Assembly: GCA_964304625.1 (NCBI GenBank)
Contig: OZ199838.1
Location: forward strand, 9,513,245 to 9,577,244
Origin: Kudoa neothunni
Lineage: Eukaryota > Animalia > Cnidaria
Direction of reading: 5' to 3'
Length of the DNA stretch: 64,000 nt
Positions 13,330 to 26,817 of the stretch are shown here, piece by piece. The notes below the pieces were generated by a model that was not told the DNA's origin, ran no database searches, and saw only the letters and a program-made list of their open reading frames with translations. Position numbers and translations under genes: made by a program. The first letter of the stretch is position 1, and each line of letters starts with the position of its first letter.

Positions 13330-14465
13330 TTAAACAACAATATCGTTATCGATAACATCAGCAATGAGGTTGGTCACATTGTCGGTATCAGCTGATTTCA
13401 CTAAAAGTGGACACGCGAAATTAGAAACAAATCAAAAAAATTCAATTACATTCAACTAGATCTCCGTTAATTTGAGGGGAAGAATTGCCTTTTTCAGCCA
13501 TTTTTTTCTTTAGAATAGCTTGTTTTTTCTCTTGAAACTTTTTTAATCGGTAAAACTCCTCTCTTTCCATTTCATCGAGTTCGTTGGTGATAAAACCTAT
13601 AGTGTTTTCCAATTTTGGGATAATCACTATGAAATAAGCTTCAATATGAGCGCGAATAAAATTATGATTCTATTTACCATGCTCGATAGCATTAACTCTA
13701 CGATTTGTGAGTTTGATAGCTTGATCCAGTGTTACAAAGGATGTCTAGATCACATCAAAATATAAAACAATTCAACCAATAGTTGAATTAATCTTTTAAG
13801 AATACTTGTAATGAGGCTAGCTCAATCAATTGCTTAAGAACTTTATCGTATTGTTTAGCGACATTAACGACACGATCACCTCCTCGATCAAGAGCAGTTA
13901 GCTCAAATTCTACCTCAAGTTAACCTAATTGCAGCAAAAATACGAAAAATTACTTCCAGATCCTTCTTTGGTGTATTCGAATCCAATTAATTTGATGCCA
14001 GCAATATTTTCTTGTTTTGTTTCAATTTTGACCCATGCTGCATCGTTATATTCTAGCACAGTGTGTCTGAAAAGATGGTAAATTCCAATATTGTATTAAG
14101 GATAAAAAATACTTAAAAAATGGAGCAACGTAACTAGCTTCAGTCATGCTAAAACAAGCATCCTTCATATTCTCGCCAATTTGACATTTGTTCTATTTAA
14201 CGAAACAAGTCAATGAAATCAATAGATGAAAATATTTTTGCATAAACCGACTTCAGCAAGTATAGCTACCAACTTTCTAAATCGTATAGAAAGAGCATCT
14301 GACTTTTTCTTCAACAGCCCATAACCTTTTTGAGCTGCTCTACATCGTGCTTTGACGATGGCCAAATTCCTTAAAAATTAGCCAAAGTAGTCCAAAAAAT
14401 TTTTAAAAATTTGTAACCACATACATTCTCGATGGAAATATATTTAACCTGTCGTTTGACGACAT
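13330..14465 (-). CDS. ATP6V1D: V-type proton ATPase subunit D, multi-exon
   Basis: MSSNDRLNIFPSRM, KGYGLLKKKSDALSIRFR, LASLQTSFVTLDQAIKLTNRRVNAIEH, IIPKLENTIGFITNELDEMEREEFYRLKK. C-terminus DNDIVV*. Confidence 0.95.
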
Positions 14466-14730
14466 TGCTGGGCTTAAGAAGTGGCGTCGAAAGTAAACGA
14501 GAGGTTAATTCTATCCCGATCGCAGTCGCGAATTAGATGTTTAAAATTTGATTGCGTTTATTCATTCACTCGATTTTATTTTTAAACTGTAATAAAAATT
14601 TTATATTTGAGGTTCCGAACTTAAAATCAATTAATAATCAATTGTAGACACCCTTGCATGCGCATAATTTTTAGAAGGCGCGGTACCATTTAAAAGAATT
14701 CACACATTCTCACCACTTGGAAATATAAAT
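14466..14730. promoter_or_regulatory. Probable bidirectional promoter between ATP6V1D and RBBP5
   Basis: Head-to-head start codons 265 bp apart. Contains TGCATGCGCAT at about 14655. Confidence 0.55.
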
Positions 14731-16829
14731 ATGCAAAAGTCATGGATGGGTGGGTTTCACCGTTTCAAAAGTATATTTGTAAGTATCTCAAATTGGCAAT
14801 GATGTTTATTTTTAGAGGTTTCAGATCCAAATTCACTTCCAAAAGTTATTAACATTGTTCCAACCTAATCCTATCTAAACACAATAGGAAATTATTGATG
14901 TTATTGATCCATACACATTGTGTGTTTGTATGAATTTCAATCGGGCTGGTACACTCTTAGCTATCGGTTGTAATGATGGTCGACTTATAATATGGGATTT
15001 TATAACTAACACTATCGCTCGAACACTGCCAGGTCACACTAGCACAGTTGTGTCACTATCGTATTTAAATGGTAGATTACTTTTTGGGGTGACACTTATT
15101 TAGTTGGTCTCAGGATGACAAATACATTTGCACAGGTTCCACTGACCGTACGGTTATAGTATGGGATATTGTTGCACAAAAGCAACTGTATAGATGTGCT
15201 GAATTTGTGTCTAATATCACCAAAGTTCAATTTCATCCGAGATCGAAGTAGATTTTGTTCACTTTGCTAATAATGAGGTCAACTTGTACTATAGAAACCA
15301 TATTTTAATAACGTCATGGTTTGAATCACCAACAGTGTTCAACTTGAAAACCAAAGAGTATTTTCCTTTGATCAAGGCTGGAGTATAATATATTTGTTGT
15401 TAATGATATATTTTAAATGATTAATAGAGTTCAAATAGTATCTTTAATATATAAAATCATGTTTAAATATTAAACCAGCCATACAAAAACCAAGCGGTAG
15501 CTACATTGATACCACAGGATTGGTTGCTGCATACAGCAAACGAGGAAAATATATATTTGTTGGAGATTGCTTAGGAAATGTCATTTCTTATGGTGTATAT
15601 CTATCAATTAAAAGAATTCTAGATTTTCGTGTTTGATGGGTATTGTTTGAAATTTTTGATGGGATTTCGTTGGGATACTCCAGTAAAGAAGCCATTACCT
15701 GACGATAACCACTCCAATTCTACCATTACTGAAGCCTCATCATCCAAACCTAAAAAACGTCGTAATCCCCAACATCTTAAGTCTCTAATAAAAGAATTTC
15801 AATTTTCCACAAAGTGTGAAACGTAATGCTCAAACTACACAAATGGATACATCTAACACTAACATAATATACATAACATGGTTGTAGAGACTGCTTTGTC
15901 GTGGTCTCGTTCGATCGTTTTATTCGATTATATTCGATCGACCAGGTAGTTTCTGCTATAGAAACAAATGAGTCAAGTGACACGCAACAACCAACCTTTT
16001 ATCAAGATTCACCTAATAACAATATTAAATGTCTGCTACCGATGAAAGAATATTTTACGTCAGAGAATTAGTATGTGGAATGCAATTCTTATAATTCTTT
16101 GGATGTATCGATATTTAATTTACATCATATAGCTCTTATTGGATCACTTGTAAATTTTCGAATGATGGAAAATTTATTTTCGCAAGTAGATAAAATTATT
16201 GTTGTGAATCATATTGTTTAATTTACATTTAGTTGGTGATAAATTAAATTCGATATATATTTGGTCGGTGAAAGCTTCCGAACCAAGATGTGTTCTTACT
16301 ATGGAAAGTTTATCCGATACTATTACTGATATTGTTGTAGGATTCTTTGACAGTTATTTGCTTATGACAATTTATCACTTTTAGTGGCATCCATTGTATT
16401 CTATTATTTGTTCGTTGACTAATGGCCGTTGTAACGTTTGGGGAAAGAGGATCGAAGTAATAATAAAACATAAGATGTTAACAACTTTACTTATTCCAAT
16501 GGACAGGAATCTTGGTGTAGCTACGAGCCAAATTTCACCCAATGTGATAAGTGTGTGGAACATTGCGAAACTGAGCGAGAATTTGATCAAAAAGATGAAG
16601 ATATTGATAAATTAAACGATTCTAATTTGGATAAACCAGTAGATGAAAAAATTGATATTGTTGGATGTAATGATTCTCCACCTCCATATTTAAGCAGGTA
16701 GAAAATTTTAATATTATAAATTGATTTCACTTTGTTTCAAGTGATGAGAATTCGCTCCAAGAAAATCTCTGTTTTTTAGGATACAGCTCCGACGGTTGTG
16801 GTTTCTCTAGTGATAGCAATTCTTATTAA
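14731..16829 (+). CDS. RBBP5: Retinoblastoma-binding protein 5 / Swd1 (COMPASS WD40 subunit), multi-exon
   Basis: FNRAGTLLAIGCNDGRLIIWDF, WSQDDKYICTGSTD, VQFHPR, SKRGKYIFVG, WCSYEPNFTQCDKCVEHCETEREFD, KIDIV (WDR5-binding-motif-like). Stop TAA 16827-16829. Confidence 0.9.
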
Positions 16830-18066
16830 TAATTTAAATTTTATCAGAATACATGTGTGTGTTTATTTTGTCGTGGATTAAAAAAGGTTTGAATTATTGT
16901 TCAATTATTTATTTTTAAAAAAATAAAATTCAAATTGTATATAATTTTAATATTAGTTTAATTTTAACAATTATCGATGCTGAAGAAAAATTTAGGAACG
17001 AAAAGGTTAACTTAAATTATTTAGCTAATATCCTTAATTTTATTAAAATATTTATTGTGTAAATTAATTATACAATGGTTTCGTTTTAAATATATATTAA
17101 AAATTTTTAATCACCAAGACAGGAATTATTTTTGATATTAAAACAAAAAATTAACAAATATGAAATCCTTCCAGTAATTTTTTTAGAAATTATTTAAATT
17201 CTAACAAAGTATAGACAGTTACACATAATATTCTAAAATAAAAAATTTAATGAACTTTGTTCAATTATATATACATATTTAGAAATAAAATTTATAACAG
17301 ATTTCTAAGTTAAAAATTCTCTTATAATAATCAAAATATTTTTTCTATATAAAATCTTTATTTTTGTTAATTATTGTACTTACTAAAATAAAGTGTCAGC
17401 AAAGAAGGAATTATCATATAATAGAATGCGAAATTAACCCTCTAATGAATTTGGGATAATTTTTTACCCAAAATTCATCGGAGTGCAGTCGATTTTTAGT
17501 ACATTGGAGGATCAATGCAAACAATTATTTTTATATCAATAATTGACATTAAATGAATATTAAATGTGATTTTTATCGTTTCTTTCTCTCAACAAGTTCA
17601 CAGAATTCTGGCAAGATATTTAGAAGAGCAACATGCACAAAATTGATTTCGAGACGTAGTTGTTATGGGAACAAAACTTGGCAAATATAGAATCGTAAAA
17701 ATAGGCTGTTGTAGAAGGATAATTTATTCTTATTGCATAGTCTGCAACATCAAGAAATATTTTTAGGAAGTTTTTAGTTTTTACCAAATATGCTACAGAA
17801 TAACTTTGGTTTTTATTTTATATTTCACGAATTAAATTAGAAAATATATAAATTTTGTAAATAAATTTAAAATATTTTGAAGAAACAATAAGGCCAAGGC
17901 ATATTCGAAATTTTAATAATTACGCTAATGTTAAAACATACCTAATGATAATGAATATATGATGATGAAATTGGATTCAGACTTTATTGAAATTACCCCC
18001 GGGCCTCAGGTTAAAAACCGCTGGTTTAGTGAATTGTTTCCCCGCCTGGTATTTGCAGATTCGTAA

Positions 18067-18302
18067 GGCACTGGCTGCTGACACGGAAGTTTGTAATCCA
18101 ATATGGCAACTATGCAGGCGCTCTTCCCATTTTTAATCCCGGCAACTCCTATTTATAGTTTATCTATAAAGTTTATTTTTGAGATTCTGCTATATTTAAT
18201 TATTTTTGGTTCCTAGAAGCGATAGCTATGGCCCAGAAGTAATTAAATACAGTCAAAACTATACCTAACGGGATATTATGATTCGTGTCAATAGCCACTT
18301 CC
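18067..18302. mobile_element. MULE-family MITE
   Basis: TIRs GGCACTGGCTGCTGACACG and (rc) GGAAGTGGCTATTGACACG. Flanks GATTCGTAA and GATCCTAAA match 6/9, consistent with a decayed 9-bp TSD. Confidence 0.65.
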
Positions 18303-18955
18303 GATCCTAAAGGGTTCGCGCACCACTAATTCAAAGGGTCCATGAGAAGATTTATCCTTAAAAAAATTATTCTTTCGTAAATTTCTGTATATAATAAAAA
18401 CTTTCTTTAAAAACATAATTCCGTAACAACATAATAAAAAATATAAGAATATAGGTGTTTAATACATCTAGGATTCGTATTTATTTAATTTGGCCAATCG
18501 GGGGTCGATGAACCAAAAAGATTGGGGAACACTAGTTTAGTTGGAAAAATTCAGAGTAAATATGACAGTGACAACTGAGAAAAACCAAATTTTACAAAAA
18601 TATGATTTTTATAAAAATAACAAAGGTGATCCATTTACCCAAAAAGGGCATGGTAATAAATGTTGCACTTTTTGCGAAGAGTATACTGAAATAAATGGCG
18701 CAAGACCCATTTATCAGCGCTATGTGAAATCCTATTTAAATTAACGAGGTCATTATATTTCAATTTTTTTATATTTCTATCGTTTTTGCATAGAATTTGA
18801 TTCGCAAAACTAACATTTTTTTTCTAGGTGAAAAATAATTTCAAACTCATTTAAATATAAATGTTGTGGACACTTTACAAGAGTTAACTACAATTAGAAC
18901 TCAGAAAGCAGAATTATATTCGTAGTGAAGCAAAAGGCACCTCCCTCACATAATA

Positions 18956-19613
18956 CAATGTTTCCCCGATTTTTTCTATCGCGCGTCACCTTTTTTGAAA
19001 AAAAGTTCTGTTCCTCACCCTTTTCAAAAGTATTGATTTTTTCAACTTAAACTGTTGATAACTTTGAATAAAGCTCCCCATCACATTAAAATTTGAAAGC
19101 AATTAATATATATTTCTTTTCTTAGTAAAATTTAAATGTATTCGATCAGACTTAACTTAATTTATCGATGGACCTTAAAAAGTAATATCTTTATTTCTAG
19201 ACTCCGGCAACAACAGCATCAAGTGGAACTCGTGGTAATTCAACCTTCATTAGGTAAGACTATCGTGTACACGGGGTTAATGAGCCGAAAATAAATAATA
19301 TAGATACAAAATTGAATTAATCAAAATTATATTAGGTTTAATTAAAGAGGGGATATACGATTCTAAATGAGACAAAATTGAGATTCAAACCATTCCGATT
19401 CTATTCGTGTGAAAACACGTTAAATATTATTATTAATTTTTATACAATAATTAGTCGTTTCTTTTTGTACTTTTTTGATTGTCACTTAAGAATATGCGAT
19501 ATCGAAAATTGCAATATTGACTTCAAAGTACGTCATACTGCCCAATTATCTCATCATTATCCGTGCCATACCAATAGTCAGGATTTTCCGCGTCCCACCG
19601 GTGTGAAACATTG
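18956..19613. mobile_element. Non-autonomous DNA element, hAT-like termini (copy 1)
   Basis: Termini CAATGTTTC and GAAACATTG. Colinear homology with 24147-24745. No clear TSD. Confidence 0.6.
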
Positions 19614-19817
19614 TCACTGATATAACATTTTAAAAAAATTGTTCTTCGAAGTTACTTCTGTCCTAACTGAAGTAGTAAGCTACTTCGAAAATGACAAAAA
19701 GCGCGCCAATTCAATAACATCGCCATAACGTACAACACAAAAAAACTTCTATCAGACTAGTTGATTTTGTTGATAACGATAACAAAAAGAATGGCAACTC
19801 CTTGGCAGATTGTACTA

Positions 19818-21473
19818 TTAGGTGTAAAAGTCAAACTCATTTTCAGCCTTTTTGGAAACTATCTTATATGCTTTCTCAAAATCTCGTGCCTGGACAATAA
19901 ATCGATTTTCTCTAACAGCTTGCATGCCAGCCTACAACAACAATATTTTTATGAAAAATCATTGACTATCTAATCACAATAAACAAACATATTAGCTACC
20001 TCTTGACAAACACAGTTTATTCCAGCTCCGGTCATATCATCCGAAAATAAAATAACTACGTAAATATTGTTTTTAGATGTTCATTAAAATCGAAATAGAA
20101 CAAACATACGTTCTTCAATATTAACATCATCATCCAAATTCATTTTGGCGGTGACGGTGAGATAGATTTGTCGTTTGTGTCTCCTGTCTGGTATTGGGAA
20201 TTCGATTTTTCTGTCAAGACGTCCAGGACGTAAAAGTGCAGGATCTAGTGTATCAGCTCTATTTGTTGCCATGATAACCTATTGAATACACATTAGTTAC
20301 TTTAAAAAAAGAGCAACTGTTGAATCAGATTAGAATCTACCTTAACATTGGTTGTTTCATCAAAACCATCCATTTGATTCAACAACTCCAAGAGAATGCG
20401 TTGAACTTCTCTATCAGCTAATACACAAAAATTAACAATAACCTTAATATATAGAGACAGCGTATAAAGTGAGAGATTTTACCTCCAGTTTGGGCATCAA
20501 AACGTTTTGTAGCAATTGAGTCTATCTCATCAATAAACACAATAGAAGGAGAATTCTCGCGCGCCATTCTAAAAACATCACGCACAAGACGAGGTCCTTC
20601 TCCCAAATATTTCTGCACAAATTCACTGCCAACAACTCTTATAAACGATGCGTTGGTTTGACGAGCAACCGCTTTCGCAAGCATTGTCTTTCCAGTGCCC
20701 GGTGGGCCATACATCAAAACTCCCTTTGGTGGGTCGATTCCGATTTGCTGATATAATTCGAAATGGGTTAGTGGTAGTTCGACTGCTTCCTTCATTTCTT
20801 GTTTTTGTGTCTCCAATCCACCTATATCGGAATAGGATATGTTGGGACGTTCTTCATCTTTCAACAGTTTGATTGATGTGTCTGATTCGGGCGGCAGCAC
20901 ATCGACTAATGCTCCAGAAAGCTTGTGTAACGCTACAGAAGCATTTGGCTTTAATAGCTGTTTGTCTACGGTGCTCATTACACGTACAAAATTATTTGGA
21001 GCTATACATCAACAGACAAATGATCGATTCATAAAAATATTAAACAAGCGACCTACTTCCTACAGTCGAAGTAACAATCGCAGTATCACCATCGATACTC
21101 TCTACGAATTGCCCCACTACTATTGGTACTGCTCGAATCCGTTTCAGTTCTTCCTGAGCATGTCTCAGCTCATTGAGAAGTAACATGTATTCATTTTTAA
21201 CAAAGTTCTCTTGAATCTAAACGCACATTCATCAAACATCACCTACTTCACTATCACAACTAATTCCACATTACTTTTATAAATGCTAAATGTCTTTGCA
21301 ACTTTTTAAAAAGTTGATAAAGATCGGTTTCATTATCCTTAAATACTAGAGACTCCTTTAACTCTTTATCAAAATACTAAAATATTATAATTGAATTTCC
21401 ATGGTATTCAGTTAATTGTTCCCAATTTTACCTGTCTCTCCGGTGGTCTAGATGTTGCAACCTCACTGGCCAT
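19818..21473 (-). CDS. PSMC4: 26S proteasome regulatory subunit 6B (Rpt3), multi-exon
   Basis: Walker A GPPGTGKT, Walker [62 protein letters not shown]-terminus EFDFYT*. Confidence 0.96.
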
Positions 21474-22423
21474 ATTTAAGTCCTTTTATTTGCGTGCGCA
21501 TGAAATATTGCAATAAGATGGGGCAACTATTCACTACTACTATAACTTCAATCGGTTTATTATGTTGTATATAATTAGTCGAAAATATAAAATATACACA
21601 AATAAATTGAAATTGTTTGGGTTAACTACATGATAAAATTTAATCCCGTAAGACTAGGCACTAGCAAGATTCATTGTTAACCCCATTTACCCTCAATTAT
21701 AAAGATTCGAGATTTTCATCCATAAAAATTTCATATACAATCATTTATTTTTTTGAAAACAATTATATGTTCTATTCGTTTGTAACATTTCAAATTACAG
21801 CCAATATTACACCATCACAATATAAAAATAGTTTATGATTCGTATTTCCTCTGAGAGAAATACATGGACTTAAATTTTATTATTTGAGCGTCGCATTCTC
21901 TGTCCAAAATTAATTGGGTGGTAGTTAAATTAATCAGATATAATTTATTAGAACGCTGAAATAAATCATGCAATAAAATAACAAAGTATGGTATGACGCA
22001 AAGGTGTCCAAACATTAATTTAGATTTAAAATTTTCAATTAGTTCTATTTATAATTGTTTATTTCACGAGCTCTGACCGATTATCATTCGAATATCAGTA
22101 TTAAAATGATTTATATGGATTTGTTGAGAGATAAATTCGTAAATGATTATACCCAAAATGATTTAAATTTTTATTTCCATTGAATATTCTAATTTTTGTT
22201 ATTTTATATTTTTATTTTCGGAAATAAATGTAATGCATAAGTCAATCTTTTGAGCCAAATTAATATTAGCGATTAAACTTTAATACGAGCACTCCTACTC
22301 TTAATATACATTTGTGGGAGTATTTAATATGACATTAAATAAAAAAAAATTTGGGGCTGCTTACTATCAGTCATTTTGAGATATTTAAACTGCTTCAGCC
22401 CCATTCTCATAATATTAATAATG

Positions 22424-22905
22424 GGCAGTGGCAATTACCACGCTAGCGTATAATCCCATACCGGGGCTGTCTATTGCCACGAAAATGAATTTCTCCATAA
22501 CCACACAATATTATATAGTTATGTTTACATATTTGTAATGAGACCTTTTTTAATATGAAAATTCATTCACCAAATTTTTGGCCTATGTAGCATATAACCG
22601 CGTATTTTTCACACTTGTTGTAACGGTTACTTAATTATTATTAAATATTTGACGATAAAATTATATTATTTAAAATTGTGAAAAAATGACTAATGGATAT
22701 CTTTTACACAATACCGAATTCGTAACTCATAAACAGGGATCATACAATCACTGATTTAACTGCGGGTATATTAAAATTCTACGTTAAATAGAATAAATTA
22801 TTCAAAGATGATTGACACACAACCAATAAACTTTATTATAATTCAGGAATTTATAATTTAATTATGTAATTTATTATTTTTCTTTTCTTCCCGATCGCAG
22901 CCACA
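22424..22905 (+). repeat. MULE-family non-autonomous repeat (subfamily A)
   Basis: Terminus GGCAGTGGCAATTACCACG plus internal sub-repeat GGGCTGTCTATTGCCACG. Homologous to 11699-12190. Confidence 0.65.
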
Positions 22906-23229
22906 CTAAAACCACTTAGTCTTCATACTGATTTTAGCTTTTTATGATGTGTAAGATCTGCATAAAATAGAGGATGACACACTGAAACTTAAACTAGAAT
23001 CTTAATGTTTTATTAAATTTAATTGAATTATATTTCCCAATAAATTAATACACTATTATCTAATCGAATCCCAATTCTTTTTAAAATATAAATTAAAATC
23101 CTCAACGTTTAACTGTCGACCTTAGCACAAATTTTCTGATAATCATTTTAATTTCTAGGGAAGATGATTTTCTTAAGAGTTTCCGGCATCAAATCTTTTA
23201 AATTCACGCGGGGTGTTATATTTAGAAGG

Positions 23230-23700
23230 CAATAATTGTCACAGAAAAATTTTCCTAACGTGGAATATACAAATAATTAGCTCAACGTTCGGAAAAAGTT
23301 TCTTTAAGATTTTCCGGAGTTTCAAATCTTTATCAGTGATCACAGAAAGTATCTTCTCCTTTATAAATGACGAAACAGATATTAAGTATAAATACACCAG
23401 TTTTAAAACAACTTTTTTCTTTATAAATAATACAGGAACTACTTATATGACTCGTACTGTGAAGAATCATTAACTATTCGGAATTTTGGAACACTGAAGA
23501 AAGTTTAATATAATTTAGAGTTCAAAAAATGAATAAATTTTAAATATTGAGTTTTCTGACGTGAATCCAGTAATTTATAAGTTGTATAAACACAGAGTAA
23601 TTCTAGAAAAAATATTTTTTGTCTCATCATCTATAAATATTATTGTACAAAGTTGATTCGTACCACAGTCATCATTTTAACATCATGGTTTTAATCCATG
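23230..23700 (-). pseudogene. Decayed MULE transposase fragment
   Basis: Minus-strand translations DDCGTNQLCTIIFIDDETKNIF and ILSVITDKDLKLRKILKKLFPNVELIICIFHVRKIF parallel the MULE core of ORF 46451-47740. Confidence 0.7.
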
Positions 23701-24146
23701 GCTAAAATTTTATAAATATAGTTCATATTATTTCGTTGGGAGGATACATTTTTCGTATTATGTATGGACTTGAGTGTAACTATTTACCGGTTTCTTATTG
23801 TTTTTTAGATTGCAGAATTTTTTGTTAACAAGCATAGAAATTAATTCTGAGATTAATTTATCTTGCTGTCTGATTTACATTGTGACAGTAAACACTTGAA
23901 GTTTACCGATCTTATTTTTTTTCGAGGGCAGACACAGATATCAGACTATAGTCGATTTTGGTACGTTCTTCAAAATTTGTTGGTACTTTTTTCGCTAATC
24001 TTCTGGCAACCCTGGTTTAGGATTTAAATTTACCCTGCCAATAGTCTCCGGCTTTACTATTCATAAGGGAAATTCTCTGGCGCAGCTAATTAGATGTGCG
24101 TTTCCCAATTAAAATTTGGCTCGCGTCTCCTCTGCATACAATAAGG

Positions 24147-24755
24147 CAGTGTTTTCAAATCTTTTTTCGATCGCACCCCATCTTTTTAAAAAGTACTGAT
24201 TTTTTAAACTTAAACTGTTTTAAGTTTGAATAAATCTCCCTATCACATTAAAATCCGAGAAAATTAATGTTTCTTTTATCGTTTAAATTAAAATGTACTT
24301 GATCAAATCTAACTTAGTTTATCGATAGACCCTAAAAATTGACATCTATAGTTCTTCATTCCGTCCAAAACAGCGTCAAGTGGAACTCATGGTAATTCAA
24401 CCTTCGCCAGGAAAAACTTTCGTGTAGAGGGGCTAATGAACCGGAAATAAATAATATAAATACAAAATTAATCAATACTATATCAGAGTTTCTTCAAACG
24501 AAGGGATATACGATTCTAAATGAGAAAAGATTGAGATTCAAACCATTCTGATTCTACCTGGATGAAGGGCACGTTAAATATTAATTTATATATAATTAGT
24601 CATTGCTTGTTGTATTTTTTTAGTTGTCACTTAAGAATAAGCGACATTGAAAATCGCAGTATTGACTTCAAAGTACGTCATACTGTCAAATTATCCCACC
24701 ATTATCCTCTTCACACCAATACTCAGGATTTCCCGCGTCGCACCATAAGGGTTCA
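24147..24755. mobile_element. Non-autonomous hAT-like element (copy 2), interrupted by piggyBac near its right end
   Basis: Starts CAGTGTTTTC. Colinear with 18956-19600. Homology ends just before TTAA 24756-24759. Confidence 0.6.
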
Positions 24756-24759
24756 TTAA

Positions 24760-26317
24760 CCCTCCCGGGACGGAGCGGGGTCCGCGTGAACCCCACGATG
24801 CACATTTTTACGTTTTACTTTTTATTGGCTTTGAGTAACTAGTCCAGATGTCTGGTAATCCTAGTTCAAGAGATACTTTATAATCACGTTCAAAAATCAA
24901 AAGGAAATTTCCCCATAAATGACTTGAAATGTTTAAAGTTTTAAACGAAAATCTAAAAAAAATTAATTGTAACTATTAATTTATGTAATATATCAGTTCT
25001 GCTAATTACATAGAAACGAATAAACATGAATAAACTATCCTAGAATTATTAATTTAAGAGAATATTGGCATAATTATGTTTTTTCATCCATCTCGGCGAT
25101 GGTCACCGATATTTGATAGGATTATCCTTTGTTAGCGGGTAGGCTTTATTTTGTTGAAAATATTCGAGTATTCATAATTTGTTAATTTTAACTTTATTTA
25201 TGTTTATTTTGATGTAATAATGCGTAGTAGTGATTCAGAATACTTATTGGATGACCATGTTGATGATAAACAAATTACGAATAGCGATATAGAGTTCGAA
25301 GAAAATTTGTCAGATGTTTCTAGCTTTGAGGATTTATTGGAATGTATTGATTCTCAGAGTGATGTTGAGGTTGATTGTATTGATTGCACCCCATATTAAG
25401 ATTCTGTTACAACATCAAAATCTGGTTTTGAATGAGATTGTAAACCACGAGAAAAAGGAAGGACCCGAGCACACAACATGATTAATGCTACTCCGGGTCT
25501 TATGAGAAAAGCGAGAAACATTGAATCTGTTATCGATTCTTTCAGAATTTTCTTCTCGGATATAGTCATTTAAAGATATTATTCTACACGAATAAGTTAT
25601 GTTTGAACATTTATTCAATTTTCTTACTGTTTGTTACTCATCAAGCAAGTAAACAAAATAAAATTTATCCGTTACCGTTCTATTATCATAAGCGTTAATG
25701 ACAAAAATAATGACTGGAATATTTTTATAAGTTTTGAACTGTTTGATTTATAGCGTAATGTAGATTATAACATTAAAACTTAACCAATACGAGATATTAA
25801 CATCCAATTATCATTAGAAGAACAAATATAGAAATAACGTCGTTAGATATTTTGTAATTTAATTTTTGGGGTCATTAGAGAGTACAATGAAGAGATTATT
25901 TTGGCGCGAATTGAATCTACTTATTAGAGAGATTACGAGTTATTCCGAGTATTGTGCATCAGAATCGACTGATATGTTGTCTTTGTTTTCATAGCGAATG
26001 AGACTGTTCCTACAATTATATTATTACGTTTTATAACATCCTGAAATCCAAATCTACCAGAACATATATTACATATTAACTCAAAATTCTCATTACACAT
26101 TGAAGATCTGTAATGGTTTTCCATTGGATTTATTCGAATTTTTTGCAAATTTATAAATGTTATATATTTTTTGACTTTATTAAATAAAATTTCGATATGT
26201 ATTGGTTAAGAATACATGATTTGGTAAAAAATCCAAAAAAGTAAGCTAAAATTGCTGGGGTCCATTTGGACCCCACTACGTCCCTACGTGATTTTCAGGC
26301 GCACCGTCCTTCGAGAA
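24760..26317 (+). mobile_element. Internally deleted piggyBac element
   Basis: TTAA on both sides. Degenerate TIRs CCCTCCCGGGACGGAGCG and (rc) TTCTCGAAGGACGGTGCG. GGGGTC..ACCCC subterminal palindromes, acidic N-terminal remnant at about 25220, Cys-rich remnant at about 25940-26100. Confidence 0.7.
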
Positions 26318-26499
26318 TTAAACGTTTGAAAATTTTTCAATTACTTGTATCATAGTCGAATGTCGTATCCTCAGTTCGGAAGTGCTGAATTAGACAATGA
26401 AGTTCTGATCGACTACAGGTGCTGTAGTCATTCCAATGAGCCACATGTAACCGCATGCCTTAAAATTTGGTTGTAATGTAGAAATTTAACTTACTATAC

Positions 26500-26817
26500 A
26501 TACTTACCTCAGCGCGATCATCACCTCAAACCATATCCTTACCTTTCCAAGACGTGGGCTCTGTCAGGCCTGAAATATTTTTTATTACCTAATACGGCCC
26601 TGGCAATTCAAACGTCTAATCCGAATCATCTCATTGGGCTAAACTATGTCAGCAGGTGTATCACGTATAATAGCTGGCCTACGCGCTCTAACGCAGCTTC
26701 CATTAGGGAATAAGGGTGCTAATCACAAAAGCAGTACCTTGTGGGGCCTGGAGTTACAAATTGCAACCTCTAGAGCCCCGCCCCTTCCAATAACCACAAA
26801 CCAATGCCATCTTTCCG
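26500..26817 (-). mobile_element. Probable tRNA-derived SINE fragment
   Basis: Minus-strand head GGAAAGATGGCATTGG.... Downstream CTTGGAAAGGTAAGGATATGG resembles the block shared by the two SINEs at 11.2-12.6 kb. Confidence 0.4.

Noticed and set aside
17434-17470. TTAA-CCCTC piggyBac-like end
   Set aside because: No matching opposite end or transposase remnant recognised.
20648-21183. Plus-strand ORFs overlapping PSMC4, and similar antisense ORFs over FH, SLC7, pinin and the transposases
   Set aside because: Shadow ORFs of real genes with no recognisable motifs.
23975-24014. hAT-like terminus TCTGGCAACCCTG
   Set aside because: No partner end or TSD found.
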